Source: Octopus vulgaris
Taxonomy: Eukaryota
Reading direction: 5' to 3'
DNA length: 64,000 bases
NCBI GenBank assembly: GCA_951406725.2
Contig: OX597815.1
Span: forward strand, 143,468,001-143,532,000
Shown here: positions 1 to 13,339 of the stretch, piece by piece
Numbering within the stretch: position 1 is the stretch's first letter
How the letters are laid out: every line of letters starts with the position of its first letter
Made by a program: the position numbers and the translations under genes
The notes under the pieces: generated by a model
The model's input: only the letters and a program-made list of their open reading frames with translations
What the model was told of the DNA's origin: nothing
Database searches by the model: none

Positions 1-30
1 TATATATATGTGTGTGTGTGTGTGTGTGTG

Positions 31-835
31 GTAGAATAACTTTGGACATATAGAGGTGTGGTACAGAGATATAGAGGGGTAACACAGGACATATAGTGGA
101 GTGAGGACACGGATATATATATATATAGTGGGGTAACTTTAGACATATAGAGATGTGGGACATGGAGATATAGTGGGGATAACACAGAACATACAGTAGA
201 GTGGATACACATATATATAGTTGTGTAACTTTGGACACACAGAGGTGTGGACATGAATGTAATGAGGTGTGGAGTATTGCTGACAGAAAGAAGTATGGAC
301 ATACAAGTATATGGAGAGTAGTATGAGGACGCATTAGACATATTGTAGTCTGTTGATATAGGGATATAGTAGGCTAACACTGGACATATAGTGGTGTGAG
401 GATATAAGAATATTGTAAGGTAAATGCTGGACATACAGACATAATATGTAGGGCACAGGGAGTGAGGTAAAACTGAACATAGAGATGTGGGAGGATACAG
501 CAGAGTAGTACTGGACATATAATAAGGGTTATGGAACACAAGGGTACACTGGGTTAACACTGGGCATATGGAAGTATTGTCGTAGGGGGGCTATTGAGAT
601 ATAAGGGAGTAATACTGGACATAGAGAGGAGTAGGAACAAGGGACATGGGATAACACTTGACATATACAGGTGTGGGTGCATGGAACACATGGATAGACA
701 AATTAGCATGGAAAACAGATAGACATGTAAAAGGAGACAACAGACAAACACACAGACAGACAGATATGGTGGGGAGAGACAATGATACATGGAGTCGGGG
801 AGTAACAGACAGACAGGGAATGGACAGTGAAGAGA
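31..835. repeat. Degenerate purine-rich tandem repeat (about 20/40-bp period, recurring GGACATATAG)
   Basis: Repeated 'ggacatatag/ggacacag/gtgtgg/ggtaacac' motifs at roughly regular spacing; copies are highly diverged. Confidence 0.7.
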
Positions 836-854
836 GGCAAAATAAATGACTTAC

Positions 855-907
855 CACCGTCTAGTGAAATGTAGTTGGCGCAATAATTTCCAGACTGGTT
901 GTCCATC
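855..907 (-). CDS. Internal coding exon (53 nt) of an unidentified minus-strand gene; (R)MDNQSGNYCANYISLDG
   Basis: On the minus strand: tctctgttatgcag|GATGGAC...GACGGTG|gtaagt. Canonical acceptor and donor, unique sequence, in frame with exon 10787-10851. Confidence 0.8.
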
Positions 908-1061
908 CTGCATAACAGAGAATACAGAGGTCAAGTGATGTCAAGAAAAGTGAGTTATAGGAATATAGGTATTAGACACATACATGAATGCACACATACA
1001 TATGATGACGATGATGATGATGATGATGGTAACAATAAAAATAATAATAATAATAACAAAA

Positions 1062-1277
1062 ATGGTTTCAAATTTTGCTACAAGGGCAGCAATTTGGGGG
1101 AGGGGATGAGTCAGTTATAGCAACCCCAGTGTTTAACTGGTACTTATTTTACTGACCCCGAAAGGATGAAAGGCAAAGTTGACCTCAGCAGAATTTTAAC
1201 TCAGTTCAAAGCGACAGGCAAAATACCACTAAGCATTTCATCCAGTGTACCTAACAACTCTGCCAGCTCACCACCTT
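1062..1277 (-). mobile_element. tRNA-derived SINE, family A (central GCCTTTCATCCTTTCGGGGTCG, MetaSINE-like domain)
   Basis: Matches many other copies in the window; head GGTGGTGAGCTGGCAGA and B-box-like GAGTTAAAATTC on minus; flanked by (AAT)n. Confidence 0.85.
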
Positions 1278-1304
1278 AATAATAACAATAATAATAATAT
1301 GATA

Positions 1305-2492
1305 ACTTCCATTACCTAGGTGACCAAGTCAGTAGCGGAGGAGGGTGTGCTGAAAGTGTAGCTGCTAGAATAAAAATAGCTTGGGCAAAGTTCAGAGAGC
1401 TCTTACTTCTGCTGGTGACAAAGGGCCTCTCACTCAGAGTAAAAGGTAGACTGTATGATGCTTGTGTACGAACAGCCATGCTACATGGCAGTGAAACATG
1501 GGCTTACACATGTCCTTGCGAGGACATGTGTAAGCTCACAAGGAATGAAGCCCGTATGATCCAATGGATGTGTAATGTCAGTGTGCATACTCGACAGAGT
1601 GTAAGTACCTTGAGAGAAAAGTTGGACCTAAGAAGCATCAGATGTGGTGTGCAAGAGAGATGACTGCGCTGGTATGGTCATGTGGCAAGAATGGATGAGG
1701 AGAACTGTGTGAAAAAGAGCCACACACTAGCGGTTGAGGGAACCTGTGGAAGAGGTAGACCCAAGAAGACCTGGGATGAAGTGGTGAAGCACGACCTTCG
1801 AACTTTAGGCCTCACCAAGGAAATGACTAGTGACCAAGACTTTTGGAAATATGCTGTGCTAGAGAAGACCCAGCAAGCCAAATGAGACCATAACCCGTGG
1901 CCTATGCCAGGAGCATAACCAGCTCACTTATGTGTACCTTTTCCTTCTTTGGACACTAAACTCTGCTTGCGAAGACCTGTTGACGCAAGTGAAATCAAAA
2001 TCAAATTCGATGACTGGCATCCGTGCTAGTGGGGTGCAAAGAGCACCATACGAGTGTGATCGTTGACAGAGCGGCTAACAGGCTTCCATGCCAGTGACAC
2101 ATAAAAGGCACCATTCAAGTGTGATCATTACCAGCATCGACTTACTGGCACTTGTGCCCGTGCTAGTAGGGTGCCAAGAGCACCATCTGAGCATGATCGT
2201 TGCCAGAGAGGCTAACTGGCTTCCGTGCCGGTGGCACGTAAAAGGGCACCATTTGAGCGTGATCATTACCAGCATCACCCCACTGGCACCTGTGTCAGTG
2301 GCATGTGTAAAAAGATTCAAGCAAGCTCATTGCCAGTACACTCTTGGAGTGGTTGGCGTTAGGCAGGGCATCCAGCTGTAGAAACTGTCAGATCAAGATT
2401 GGAGCCTGGTGCAGCCATCTGGTTCGGCAGCCCTCAGTCAAAATCGTCCAACCCATGCTAGCATGGAAAATGGATGTTAAACAATAATGATG
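1305..2492 (+). mobile_element. 5'-truncated RTE-clade LINE (ORF C-terminus plus 3'UTR)
   Basis: Translates FHYLGDQVSSGGGCAESVAARIKIAWAKFRELL...KGRLYDACVRTAMLHGSETWA...WYGHVARM...GRGRPKKTWDEVV with an in-frame stop; the 3'UTR ends in ACCCATGCTAGCATGG...(ATG)n. Confidence 0.9.
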
Positions 2493-2587
2493 AATAAAAA
2501 CTGGGCATGATGGTAAGATGGTGTGATGGCAGTTGCTATGGCATTGAGGTACATCTGGCCATAACAATAATAGTAATAATAATTCTC

Positions 2588-2955
2588 CTTTCTAGTATAG
2601 GTACAAGAGCCAAAATTTTATGGGACAGAGATAATCAATTTCATCACCCCCAGCACTCAACTGGTACACATTCTATCAACCTCGAAAGGATGGAGGGCAA
2701 AGTTGACCTCGGCAGTATTTGAACGCAGAAAAAAATAACAAAAAAAAACACAATAGGCACAAGGCCTGAAACTTTGGGGGAAGGGGATAGTCAATTACAT
2801 CGACCCCCCCCAGTACTCAACTGGTACTTATTTTAATGACCCAGAAAGGATGAATGGCAAAGTTTACTTTGACAGAATTTGAACTTGGGACATAAACACA
2901 GACAAAATTCCACAAAGCATTTTGTCCAGCATACTAATGATTCTGCCTTAGCCTC
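2588..2955 (-). mobile_element. Two tandem SINE family A copies
   Basis: 'ggtacaagagcc...gaaaggatggagggcaaagttgacctcggcag' followed by 'ggcacaaggcctgaaa...gattctgcc'. Confidence 0.8.
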
Positions 2956-3188
2956 ACACCAAAATATTGCAATGAACCGCAGCTGGGGCATGCGCCCCCA
3001 ACTTAAGCGACACAGTTCTAATAATTCTGATAAATGATGATGATAATGATGATGATGACGACAATATATATGTATATAAATATTAACGTTTGTTTTATAT
3101 GACAAGTTATATATAAAAACAATTTAACCTCAAACTGAAAAACAACTCAGAGTAAATGTTTATTAAACTTTTACAATAAGAGGGGTGC

Positions 3189-3230
3189 CAGTAACTTCAA
3201 AGTTTCAGCCAGCTAACCCTCTTCAGACTG
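3189..3230 (-). ncRNA. Type I hammerhead ribozyme-like motif (Penelope-like-element type)
   Basis: Minus strand CAGT-CTGAAGA-GGGTTAGCTGGCT-GAAA-CTTTGAAG-TT-ACTG: intact core, 4-bp stem I, near-palindromic stem III, GUU triplet; AATAAA downstream. Confidence 0.65.
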
Positions 3231-3689
3231 TACTACACACGAGTTCCTTCTGACTTTATATAGTCTTTGGCAAGTTGATTTTTTTTTTCGTTTTTCGAGT
3301 AGGTGGAACAATGTGAAAAAAAGTAATTAGGCTTTGCATATGTACACTTAGGAAGTAGATGTTCGGGACAGGAGGAAAGTATGTTTGTAAGGTGTGTGTT
3401 GATAGAAAGATATTGTTGGAAGATTTTGTTTGGTTTGAAGGGGAAGTTGTGTTATCACCTAGACACACACACACACATGTAAATACACAGTAACTAATTT
3501 TTAGCAAACTACTTAAGTTTCATGCATGGAGGTAGATATCTGATTTGGATAAAATCAAAATGGCAATAGCTTGATCTGGGATAATCCAGATATCTCTCTT
3601 CTAGTATGAAACTCGAATGCTTTACTTTCTTGAAACTTTCAACAAACAAATAGTACAATATGTAAAATGCATGTCCTGTTATTTGCATT

Positions 3690-3962
3690 TGTATTTGTGT
3701 ACCATTTCTCCGGTTTTTTTTCCGTCCTTGTTTTCGTATACATTCGCTGCTTTCTTCCAAGGAATCTAATACACTTAGCTTAGTTTTTCCTTGGGGCTGG
3801 TCAGATGGGAGCAATCTTGAGTATAAGAAGCCGAAATTGCAAAGATAATCTGGAACTCAACTGAGGAAAGAAAACTTTGAATGACCCGTCTGTGTTTTTT
3901 CTTGTCCCTCTTTGGTATCATCTGTCTGAATGTTTTGCATTCTTGTCCCATTTTTGGTATTC
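3690..3962 (+). mobile_element. Probable Penelope-like element remnant next to (TA)n with a decayed hammerhead-like core
   Basis: CTGAGGA-AAGAAAACTTT-GAAT at about 3861-3882 (GAAA mutated); T-rich tail runs into a (TA)n tract like other such remnants in the window. Confidence 0.35.
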
Positions 3963-4009
3963 CTATATATATATACATATATATATACACATATACATAT
4001 ATACACATA

Positions 4010-4055
<46 letters not shown>

Positions 4056-4399
4056 CATATATATATATACATATAAATGTATATATACATATACATATAT
4101 ATATACATATACACATATATATACATATATATATGCATATATATATATATACATATATGTGTGTGTGTGTGTGTGTGTGTATGGCATGAGTCAGAATTCA
4201 TTGAGGTAGATTTTCTACAGCAGAATGCTCTTCTTGCTGCCAGCCCTCGCATGTTCTGAAACAAGGTAATATTTTTCCATGGCTGGACACGTTTCCTTAG
4301 TAGATTGGAAGTGAAGTCCACCACTTGTATGACGGTGACATTCATTTGCAACTATCATATACCCACATATACCCACATACATACATACATACATATATA

Positions 4400-4640
4400 T
4401 CATCATCATCATCGTCTAACGTCTGCTTTCCATGCTGGCATGGGTTGGACGATTTGATTGAGGACTGGCGAACCAGATGGCTGCACCAGGCTCCAATCTG
4501 ATCAGGCAGAGTTTCTACAACTGGATGCTCTTCCTAACGCCAACCACTCCGAGAGTGTAGTGGGTGCTTTTACGTGCCACCAGCATGAGGGCCAGTCTGA
4601 CAGTACTGGCAACAGCCACGGTCAAAATGGTGTTTTTTAT
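4400..4640 (-). mobile_element. RTE LINE 3'-tail copy (further copies near 17040-17240 +, 18688-18925 -, 19680-19985 -, 25205-25475 -, 31040-31399 +)
   Basis: Reverse complement of 2340-2490 (ggagtggttggcgttagg...catccagctgtagaaac...ccatgc.agcatgg...(atg)n). Confidence 0.85.
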
Positions 4641-4739
4641 TATATATATTGTGTGTGTGTGTGTGTTTGAGAGTGAGTATTTAAAGACGTATATATGGAC
4701 ATATGAGCATGTATATAATAATAATCATAATAATAATTC

Positions 4740-4949
4740 TTTCCACTATAGGCACAAGACCCAAAATTTCAGGGGTGGGGACTATTGAATTACATCGACC
4801 CCAGTGCTCAACTGGTACCTATTTCATCAACCCCAAAATGATTAAAGGCAAAGTCGACCTAAGCAGAATTTGAACCTTGAATGTAAGGACTGACAAAATG
4901 CTGCTAGGCATTTTGCATGGTGTGCTAAAAATTCTACAAACCCACCACC

Positions 4950-5004
<55 letters not shown>

Positions 5005-5238
5005 TAATAACGATAATAATTATAATCCTTTCTACAATAGGCACAAGGCCTGAAATTTTGGGGTGTGGGTTAAGTCGATTACATCAACCCCAGAACTCCA
5101 CTGGTACTTAACTTATCAACTCCAAAAGGATGAAAAGCAAAGTCAACCTCAGTGGAATTTGAACTCAGAATGTAGAGAGAGACAAAATACCGCTAAGTAT
5201 TTCACCCAGCATGCTAACAATTCTGCCAGCTCACCACC
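4740..5238 (-). mobile_element. Two head-to-tail SINE family A copies separated by (AAT)n
   Basis: Same consensus as 1062-1277; (AAT)n spacer at about 4951-5025. Confidence 0.85.
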
Positions 5239-5260
5239 ATAATAATAATAATAATAATAA

Positions 5261-5670
5261 GGCGCAGGAGTGGCTGTGTGGTAAGTAGCTTGCTAACCAA
5301 CCACATGGTTCCGGGTTCAGTCCCACTGCATGGCATCTTGGGCAAGTGTCTTCTGCTATAGCCCCGGGCCGACCAATGCCTTGTGAGTGGATTTGGTAGA
5401 CGGAAACTGAAAGAAGCCTGTCGTATATATGTATATATATATATATGTATGTGTGTATGTTTGTGTGTCTGTGTTTGTTCCCCTAGCATTGCTTGAGAAC
5501 CGATGCTGGTGTGTTTACGTCCCTGTCACTTAGCGGTTCGGCAAAAAGAGACCGATAGAATAAGTACTGGGCTTACAAAGAATAAGTCCCGGGGTCGATT
5601 TGCTCGACTAAAAGGCGGTGCTCCAGCATGGCCGCAGTCAAATGACTGAAACAAGTAAAAGAGTAAAGAG
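5261..5670 (+). mobile_element. Near full-length tRNA-derived SINE, family B (octopus OK/OR-type), with internal (TA)n/(TG)n
   Basis: Head GGCGCAGGAGTGGCTGTGTGGTAAG (A box) and GGTTCAGTCCC (B box); other copies near 22945-23110, 25640-26023, 26220-26635, 48240-48340. Confidence 0.85.
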
Positions 5671-5859
5671 AGAGAGAATAATAATAATAATAATAATTTT
5701 AATGTGCTTATTGTATACTGTGCCCAGGTGCACTGCAGTTCATGGGCGAAGGGTAAAAAAGGGGACAGGCAGCAGTAATAAGTAAAGTAAAGGAAGAACG
5801 ATATGATAACCAAAATTGCATGCATAGCAGGCAGGATAAAACACATCAAGAAAGACAAA

Positions 5860-6427
5860 ATGTATGTGCATAGAGCTGTGTGTATATAGATATCTGTGCA
5901 TCTATGCACTGTGTGTGTATGAGTTTCACTATATAAAAATCTGTCTATGGGAATGTAATATGCAGTGGCAGTATATATTTATATTCAGATGGGAGGTACA
6001 CACACACACGTGCACACATATACACATGCATTCACAAACATACATGTGCACACACATATGCACATATGTACATGCACATGTATACACACACACACACATA
6101 CACATATATATATATACACATATATATGCCCACATGCATACACATGTATGCATGCACACACGTACCCCATCCCTGCAGATGCATAACCACATGACGAGAG
6201 TTATACACACCCATAGGTATACAGATAGGTGCACACATACACATATACAAGGAAATACACACAGAGCTATAGATGTTCACGCACACACACACGTGTACAT
6301 GTGTGTGTTTGTGTGTGTGTGTGTGTATCTATATATATAAGTTTGCATGTATGTACGGCTATGCATATACATGTAAATATACTTTCATATGTGCATATAG
6401 ATAAATATTTATACATGCATGCAGGAA

Positions 6428-6465
<38 letters not shown>

Positions 6466-6594
6466 TGTATGTATGTATGCATGTATGCACATGTGTACAT
6501 ATATGTAAGTGTGCATGTATGCTTACATGTATATAACTAGGTGTGTATGCATATGCACATATATGTATTTGAACAAGCATGCACCCAAGTATTC

Positions 6595-6641
<47 letters not shown>

Positions 6642-6800
6642 TATAAACGATGATGATGATGATATATATAAATACACTCCTATCTGTATGCATATATTTA
6701 TGTTCACATATGTATGCATGTATCGATATGCATACATTCATAAATATATATTCATATATTTGTGTGTGTGTGTGTGTGTGTGAGTGTATGTGTGTGCAAT
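5860..6800. repeat. Compound (CA)n/(TA)n/(TG)n/(TATG)n microsatellite field
   Basis: Directly visible; explains the many YI/HT/CV pseudo-ORFs. Confidence 0.95.
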
Positions 6801-7547
6801 CCAAACCGTTGTGACCCCACCACTACCAACCTCCACTGTTCTGTTCCAAAATATAGAATTGGTTGGTTATGTCTGTCACTCTGAGTCATATATCAACAAT
6901 GAAGTACGGGGAGGAAGAGGAGGAGGAATACACTCTCTCCCCCTCTCTTTTCATGTCACCCTCCACTAGCTTTGATCTGTCTCGCTCTCCCCCTTCTCTC
7001 TCTCTCTCTCTCTCACATCCCACTCACTCCTCCTCCCCCCTCTCATACATTTTAATCACCACTTTTGCTGCCACTGACTAAAATCTCTTTAATTACATCA
7101 CTTGTCAATCTGCTTGCCCACCCACCCACCACCATCTCCATCCCCCACCCCCACCCAACCCCATCATTTCAACTTTGTTGCCTTCATTGCACTCACTCCA
7201 CCTCCCCTGAAACCCACCCTTAACCACTACCATCACCATCATCATCATCATCATTGCCATCATCCTCTGCTCTATCATCATCGTCATTGTCACTGTCCTC
7301 AACATCAAAATCACCAAGCTTATCACGACCATTATACCATCACTTGCCGTTCCATTTAGAAATAGCAGTGAGATTTCCCTCATAATTCCATCCAATCATC
7401 AGAAGGGAAAAAAAATAGTGGAGGAATGCACACTGGTTAAAGATGTCGATGCAGATACCCTAAATACCTCAGAGAGAACAAAGAAAAATAAAAAAGGGAG
7501 ATTTCCATGGCTGAGATTGATCAGACATCAACTCAATCAGACCTTAC

Positions 7548-7553
7548 CTAGGG
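7548..7553 (-). CDS. Candidate 6-nt microexon (or donor of a non-coding alternative exon)
   Basis: Minus strand tgttgttgttgttcag|CCCTAG|gtaagg; frame-preserving between exons 10787-10851 and 855-907. Confidence 0.2.
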   Translation of the reverse strand, partial: P

Positions 7554-8179
7554 CTGAACAACAACAACAATCATCATCATCATCATTATCATCATCAATA
7601 TAAATACTATCACCAAAACCACCACCCACACTAGAATCTCCTTGCTCCTCCTCACTGCCACCAGCACCACCACCACCAGCACCACCACCACCAGCACCAC
7701 CACCACTACCACCACCACCAACACCATCACCAGCAACACCACCACCACCACCACTACCGCCATTATCATCATCATCTTCTTCTTCTCTTCCTTCATCATC
7801 ACTATCATCAGTATTCTTCTCTTCACTGTTTAACTTCCGTATTTCTATTCTGTTATTCATTTCACTTGTTAGATCGTGGCCATGCTAAAGCACTAGACTT
7901 TCCTCACTTATATCTACCCCACCCCTTACTTTAGTTTTGTTTTTATTTTGTCAATTACTATTTGTTAAATTGCTAAGTTACAGTACATAGACACCACGTG
8001 TACAATAATACCACATTTGTGTGTGCATGTATGTATATTTGTGTGTGTATGTGTGTGCATGTATGTGTGTGTGTGTGTGTGCATCTGTGCGTGTTTGTGT
8101 GCGTATGTGTGTTTGTATGTATCATTGTCCTTATCACTATTTTTAAGTTCCATGCTGGCACACCTTGGACAGTTTAGAA

Positions 8180-8608
8180 TAATAGTTCTCAACCTGGGTT
8201 CATATGACCCTTGGGTCTCCAAATGATCCTTTGGGGTCCGTGTATGATTTCGTTGTTAAAATTAATGTGCAATAAATTGGTTATTATTTGCAGAATACTA
8301 ACTACTGTTTTTTAATCCTTTTGTGACGATATTTTTAAATAAATTTATTCCTCAGTATTTAACCCTTTCATATTCAGGTTATTCTATCAAATATAATGCT
8401 TATTCATTCACATTGTTTAGAATTTAACATACATTATCTTGTAGTTTTAATAAAGTGTTTTAACAATTTTTTTTATACAATTCTTAATAATACATAATTA
8501 TACATTTGCAATAAGGCTTCTTTTAAACAATAAATGGCTATGAGGTTCCACCCAAGTAAAATAGGAATTGAAGGGTTTCCACAAGTAAAAAATCGTTGAC
8601 AACCACTC
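8180..8608. mobile_element. hAT-type MITE with a nested piggyBac-MITE end (about 8359-8445)
   Basis: Ends 'aatagttctcaacc' and 'gttgacaaccact' resemble CAGTGGTTCTCAAC TIRs; internal 'ttaaccctttcatattcag...' matches the end of element 49718-49951. Confidence 0.6.
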
Positions 8609-8929
8609 ATTTAGAAGGACCAGAAGGCACCTTGTCACCACCATTTTTAATTCCCTTTCCAGATCCACTACCACCCACCCCTATATAGTATGAGGTAGCT
8701 ATGTATCTTCTCCATGACAATGAACCCTCTTCTTGTACCTTCTGTCACACTTCAGCTTCTCAATACCTCATACAGAGCCACTTCTCTTGCCATTATTTTC
8801 CTTCTCAGACTCTTTAGCCTTCAGTGATACATGGTGACCTCACTAGTGTAGGAGCCATGTAAAATCTTTTGCTGCACTCTGTAAAGGGGTTCACATTAGA
8901 AATGGATAGGAATTCCAGCTGTACAAACC

Positions 8930-9245
8930 ATGCACATGGCTTAGTGATTAGGGTATTCAGCTCATGATTGCAAGGTTGTGAGTTCAATTCCTGGCAATGC
9001 ATTTTGTCCTTGAGCAAGATACTTTATTTTATGTTGCTCCAGTTCACCCAGCTGGCAAAAATGAGTTGTACCTGTATTTCAAAGGGCCAGCCTTGTCACA
9101 CTCTATGTCACATTGAATCTCCCTGACAACTACGTTAAAGATACACAAGTGCTCAGCCACTTGCACATTAATTTCACGAGCAGGCTGTTCTGCTGTCTGG
9201 ATCAACTTGAACTCTCGTCATTGTAACTGATAGAATGCCAGTGTA
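8930..9245 (+). mobile_element. tRNA-derived SINE, family C (copies near 20300-20550 -, 30562-30885 +, 44620-44850 -, 49995-50500 -)
   Basis: Head 'catggcttagtgattaggg...gagttcaattcctgg' then shared 'tccttgagcaagatactttattt...ttgctccagttcac.cagctgg'. Confidence 0.75.
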
Positions 9246-10786
9246 ACCAGTTCCTGAAAGTCAGAGCATATTCTTGCAGAGAGGAAGAGATAGGTGAATA
9301 TAGCGGATAGTTCTGAGACCTAATGTTTGAAGGTGGTGGAATTTGTTGGTTTCAAGCAATGGGAGGTACTTTCATTCTTTGTATGTGTGTATGCAAAAGT
9401 GGGGACCTGATAGAGTGGAAAGGAATAGTGTATACATGTAGAGTAAGGTGCAAAGCAGGCAGTGAAAGTAGAAGCTTTTTACATAGGGTTACTGTCCATA
9501 GTTCTATTGTTGTTGAGAAGTGAAGAAAAAAGGAAACAGATTCAGCAAATTGATGGAGATTATGTTGGCAAAGAACCAGAAGAATGAGTTTCAATTTGGG
9601 AAACAGGACAGCTTAAAGGCTGTGTAGTACAAGACACCTTCCACAGGTCTGATAATGGTCTTGCAATAGTTATGCAGATGAGTAAATGGGTAAGTTTCTC
9701 CAGGTATTTTAGACAATTTTTTCTTTTCTCTCTTCTTTTCTTTTTTGTATATTATTGCATATGCTTTATATGCACTTTTGACAAGTTGTGGTGCACCTGA
9801 GCACTGTATACAATAATTTCATTATTATCTATTATTATTATAGGAATCAAGGCATACATTTTCTGTGAGATAACTGTCTAAACACAAACTGATAAACAGA
9901 AATAACACAAACCAAAAATGACATTGCTTGTCAAAACTTGTGGTGGTTGTTGCAGTGGTGAAAGTGTCACAGTCCCTCAAGTACAATGTCCTTGTTACAA
10001 TGATAACTAAGTAGACTACAACTTTACTTGTTACTATCGAAATAGACATCAATATAAGATTTACAGTCATGTGTATATTTAGTGGCTTTTGCTTGGCTAA
10101 AATTTCCTAAAATTTGCAAACTTTAAAAGTTATTAACTTTTTATTTATTTATAGTAAAAATGAATTTCATTTTCTTAATTAGCACAGAAAACTAAATTGG
10201 TATACCAAATATGATAACAAATAGAACTAGTTATGTTAGCAATTGAAAATATCCAAATTGTGAATGATCTGTAGTAGTAGGTGATGCTACATTGTAGTGA
10301 GATGTGAGTGTTGAATGCAGGAATTCATTATAAGCAGATTGTATGAAGCATGTAAAAGTATGATCATTTGGATGTGTAATGTTTACAAGAATGTAGGGGC
10401 ACAATTATGGAATTAAGTGTGACAGATTACTGTACAGGTATAAAAACATATGAATGGAAACGATGGCTGAATATAAAAGTGTTGAGTCTCAACAGTGAGT
10501 GTCTTCGGGCAGAAGTGAAGAACTGAAGAAGTTTGGAGAACAGGGTGAGATTAGTGAGATGGGTATTCATACAACAGACGTGTCCGGCCCACAAGGAAAA
10601 AGTAACAGTAAAACATAACAGTGACAATGACAGCAGAGTAGCAGCAATGGTGATGATGATGATGTCAACAACAATGGTGGTGGTATATGTGTTTAGATTT
10701 AGCCTGGCTCAACATCACTAGGGAATACTGGGTAATTTAAATACAGATAAACGTCAGTTGAAAAAAGACCCCTGTAGAGTACTCAC

Positions 10787-10851
10787 CTTAAATGAACCCC
10801 TTTCAGGTGTTTCTCTAATTCGGCACATCTTTCCTGATGACTTGAAGACGG
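10787..10851 (-). CDS. Internal coding exon (65 nt); PSSSHQERCAELEKHLKGVHL(R)
   Basis: Minus strand ttctttttttttgttacag|CCGTCTTC...CATTTAAG|gtgagt. Strong polypyrimidine tract and donor; in frame with both flanking exons. Confidence 0.85.
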
Positions 10852-12616
10852 CTGTAACAAAAAAAAAGAATAGATGTTTTTAAGGTATAACGCTGATGTA
10901 ATATTGGCTATAAATGTAACTGTTATATATTTGATATATTTAGTGTTACATTGTCACAATAATGGTCCTAACATGTAAACTGAGAATACACAGCTACAGA
11001 TATAAGTTTAGTGTTACAGTGATACAGCAGTGTAACAGACAATTGGAAACATTGTTTTTCAGTTCATCAAGTAACAACAACTGTGACAAGCAACAGAGCA
11101 ATCAATCCTGTTATTGTCAGCAATGATACGACAGCTGTTACATATAACACGGTGGTGTAACAAGTGTTACATTTAACCTGATATAATAAGATCTGCCATA
11201 ACACAAAAGAGATTGGATCTATTATTGCAATGTGTCACACAGAATGATTATATTTCAATGTTTATATTACAATAGCTGTCACATACAACATGATGATGTA
11301 ACACTGGCTGGATTATTTAATACAGAAGTAGGTACCTCAATGACTGTAATATGAAACACAGAATCATTACATACTAATGTAGAGAAATGTAACAAGAGAA
11401 ACAGAGTAACACATTCTTACTCTGCTTCATGTAACAATGTGTAACTGAGAAAGAGATATGATTTAGTGTAACTTTGATATAACAGTAAATGTATCACTGA
11501 ACTGGTGTGTGTGAGTGTGTGTGAAGGTCAAAGAAGACATGTTCTGTAACAGAGTCTATTCATGGAACATCAGTTCAAATTCATTGCAGGGGCTATCATG
11601 ACCCTGGGAGCAAACACTTTATTCATCATCACTCATTCATTTAGATATTTGTGAAATGAATACGAGAATAATTGGGGATGTTGCCAGTAATATGCTGGTA
11701 TCCTTTACTGGAGATTTAACTCTTATCCATTTCACATAATGAAACTGGAGTAAAACTCTCACCATTAAAACCTTCCCAGGTCTTATGAGGAATTTACATG
11801 TTAATTATGACTCTATGAATAACATGAGAGGAGGAACATATTTTTCACCAGGATAGATTGCTAGCCCATCACAGCAATCTTCCCTAAATGCCTTAGTAGC
11901 TTTTACACTTGACTGAGTAAATTGAAATAAATAGGGTTAAGCATTTCCTCTAAAACCACAATAACACTCGCCTGTAGCAGAGATGAATTTGCAAACACAT
12001 GTGCTGGTAATTCAATACCATATCTAACCAACCATTTTTGCTTGCTGCATAAGTTTTAACTGTATATTAAATTAGCTCTAACAGATATCCTAATCAATGA
12101 AATCCTTTGTAGCTAAGGGAACAAAGCAGGCATGAGAATGGTAAAAGCTGGAATCAAGTCTACCACTCTCTGTCAGATTTCAAATATTTAATCCTCATCA
12201 GAAAAGTTAGCAAACAGTTCCATCAACAAAACATTATTCAGTAAAAGATTCTTTGAAAAACTACTTAATGGCCTATGTAGTAAGATATTCCTCACACTCG
12301 GTGTGCTCTATTGAACTTAGATTAGCTCTGAAAATAAACATCGGCCTGGTGCTTAAAGATAACAGAACATGTTACAATGATGGAATCAAAAATGGTAACA
12401 GATCTTAAAATTACACTCCAGTTGGCCTACACCACAATCTAAAATATTTTAAGACTTCATTAACAGCTCCAATCAGATGTTTCCTATGTTGGTTTTTGGT
12501 ATTTATTAAAGAATTCCCCAACCAATCACTGGAAACAGGCACCAAAGCCAGTATCCTTTATCTTTTGACTTCCCTGATAAAATTATGAAATTTGGTACAA
12601 AAGTATCAGCCAGTGG

Positions 12617-12661
12617 ATGGTGGTGGTGGTGGTGGTGGTGGTGGTGGTGGCAGCAGTGGTG

Positions 12662-12736
<75 letters not shown>

Positions 12737-12780
12737 ATGATGGTGGTGGTGGTGGTGGTGGTGGTTTTGGTGGTAGCAGC
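12617..12780. repeat. Compound trinucleotide repeat (GGT)n(GCA)n(GTA)n(GGT)n
   Basis: Directly visible. Confidence 0.95.
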
Positions 12781-13051
12781 TAGTTGGCTTTGTTGTTTTT
12801 GCTAAAACAACAGTTTTTCATTGGATCAGAACAATAAATGGTAAATCATTCAGAGAGAGAGAAAGAGGATGGTAGTAGAGATAAAAGAGGAAATCTTTAG
12901 CATTAACCTTAGATTGAACCACAGCTATCTGTGCTAGCAGGTATTGAAACTTGACTTGGTTGGTTTTCAGTGACATGTTATCACAGTTTTATGATTAGAG
13001 ACGTGATGGGCCTAAGATAGATATTTCATGCAGGAACAACTAATATTAATA

Positions 13052-13089
<38 letters not shown>

Positions 13090-13304
13090 GTTGTTGCTAT
13101 CAATTCATTCATAAATAGCCAGAATGGTTTATGCATCAGAGTATCAACATGCAACTGTTTCCTTCCTCAAGAGAATGGTCAGATTCAATCAAAACACTTC
13201 CATTGATAAAAATATACAATATAGCCCTGATGCTTGTTTATACTTTTCCTTCTCTTTCTTTTCCTCATTCTCTCTCCCTTTCTCTCTCTCCATCTCTCTT
13301 CTTC

Positions 13305-13339
<35 letters not shown>

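Noticed and set aside
7537-7860. 107-aa Asp/Gly-rich ORF ending at a splice donor
   Set aside because: Built from trinucleotide repeats; its phase-1 end would hit a stop in exon 907-855.
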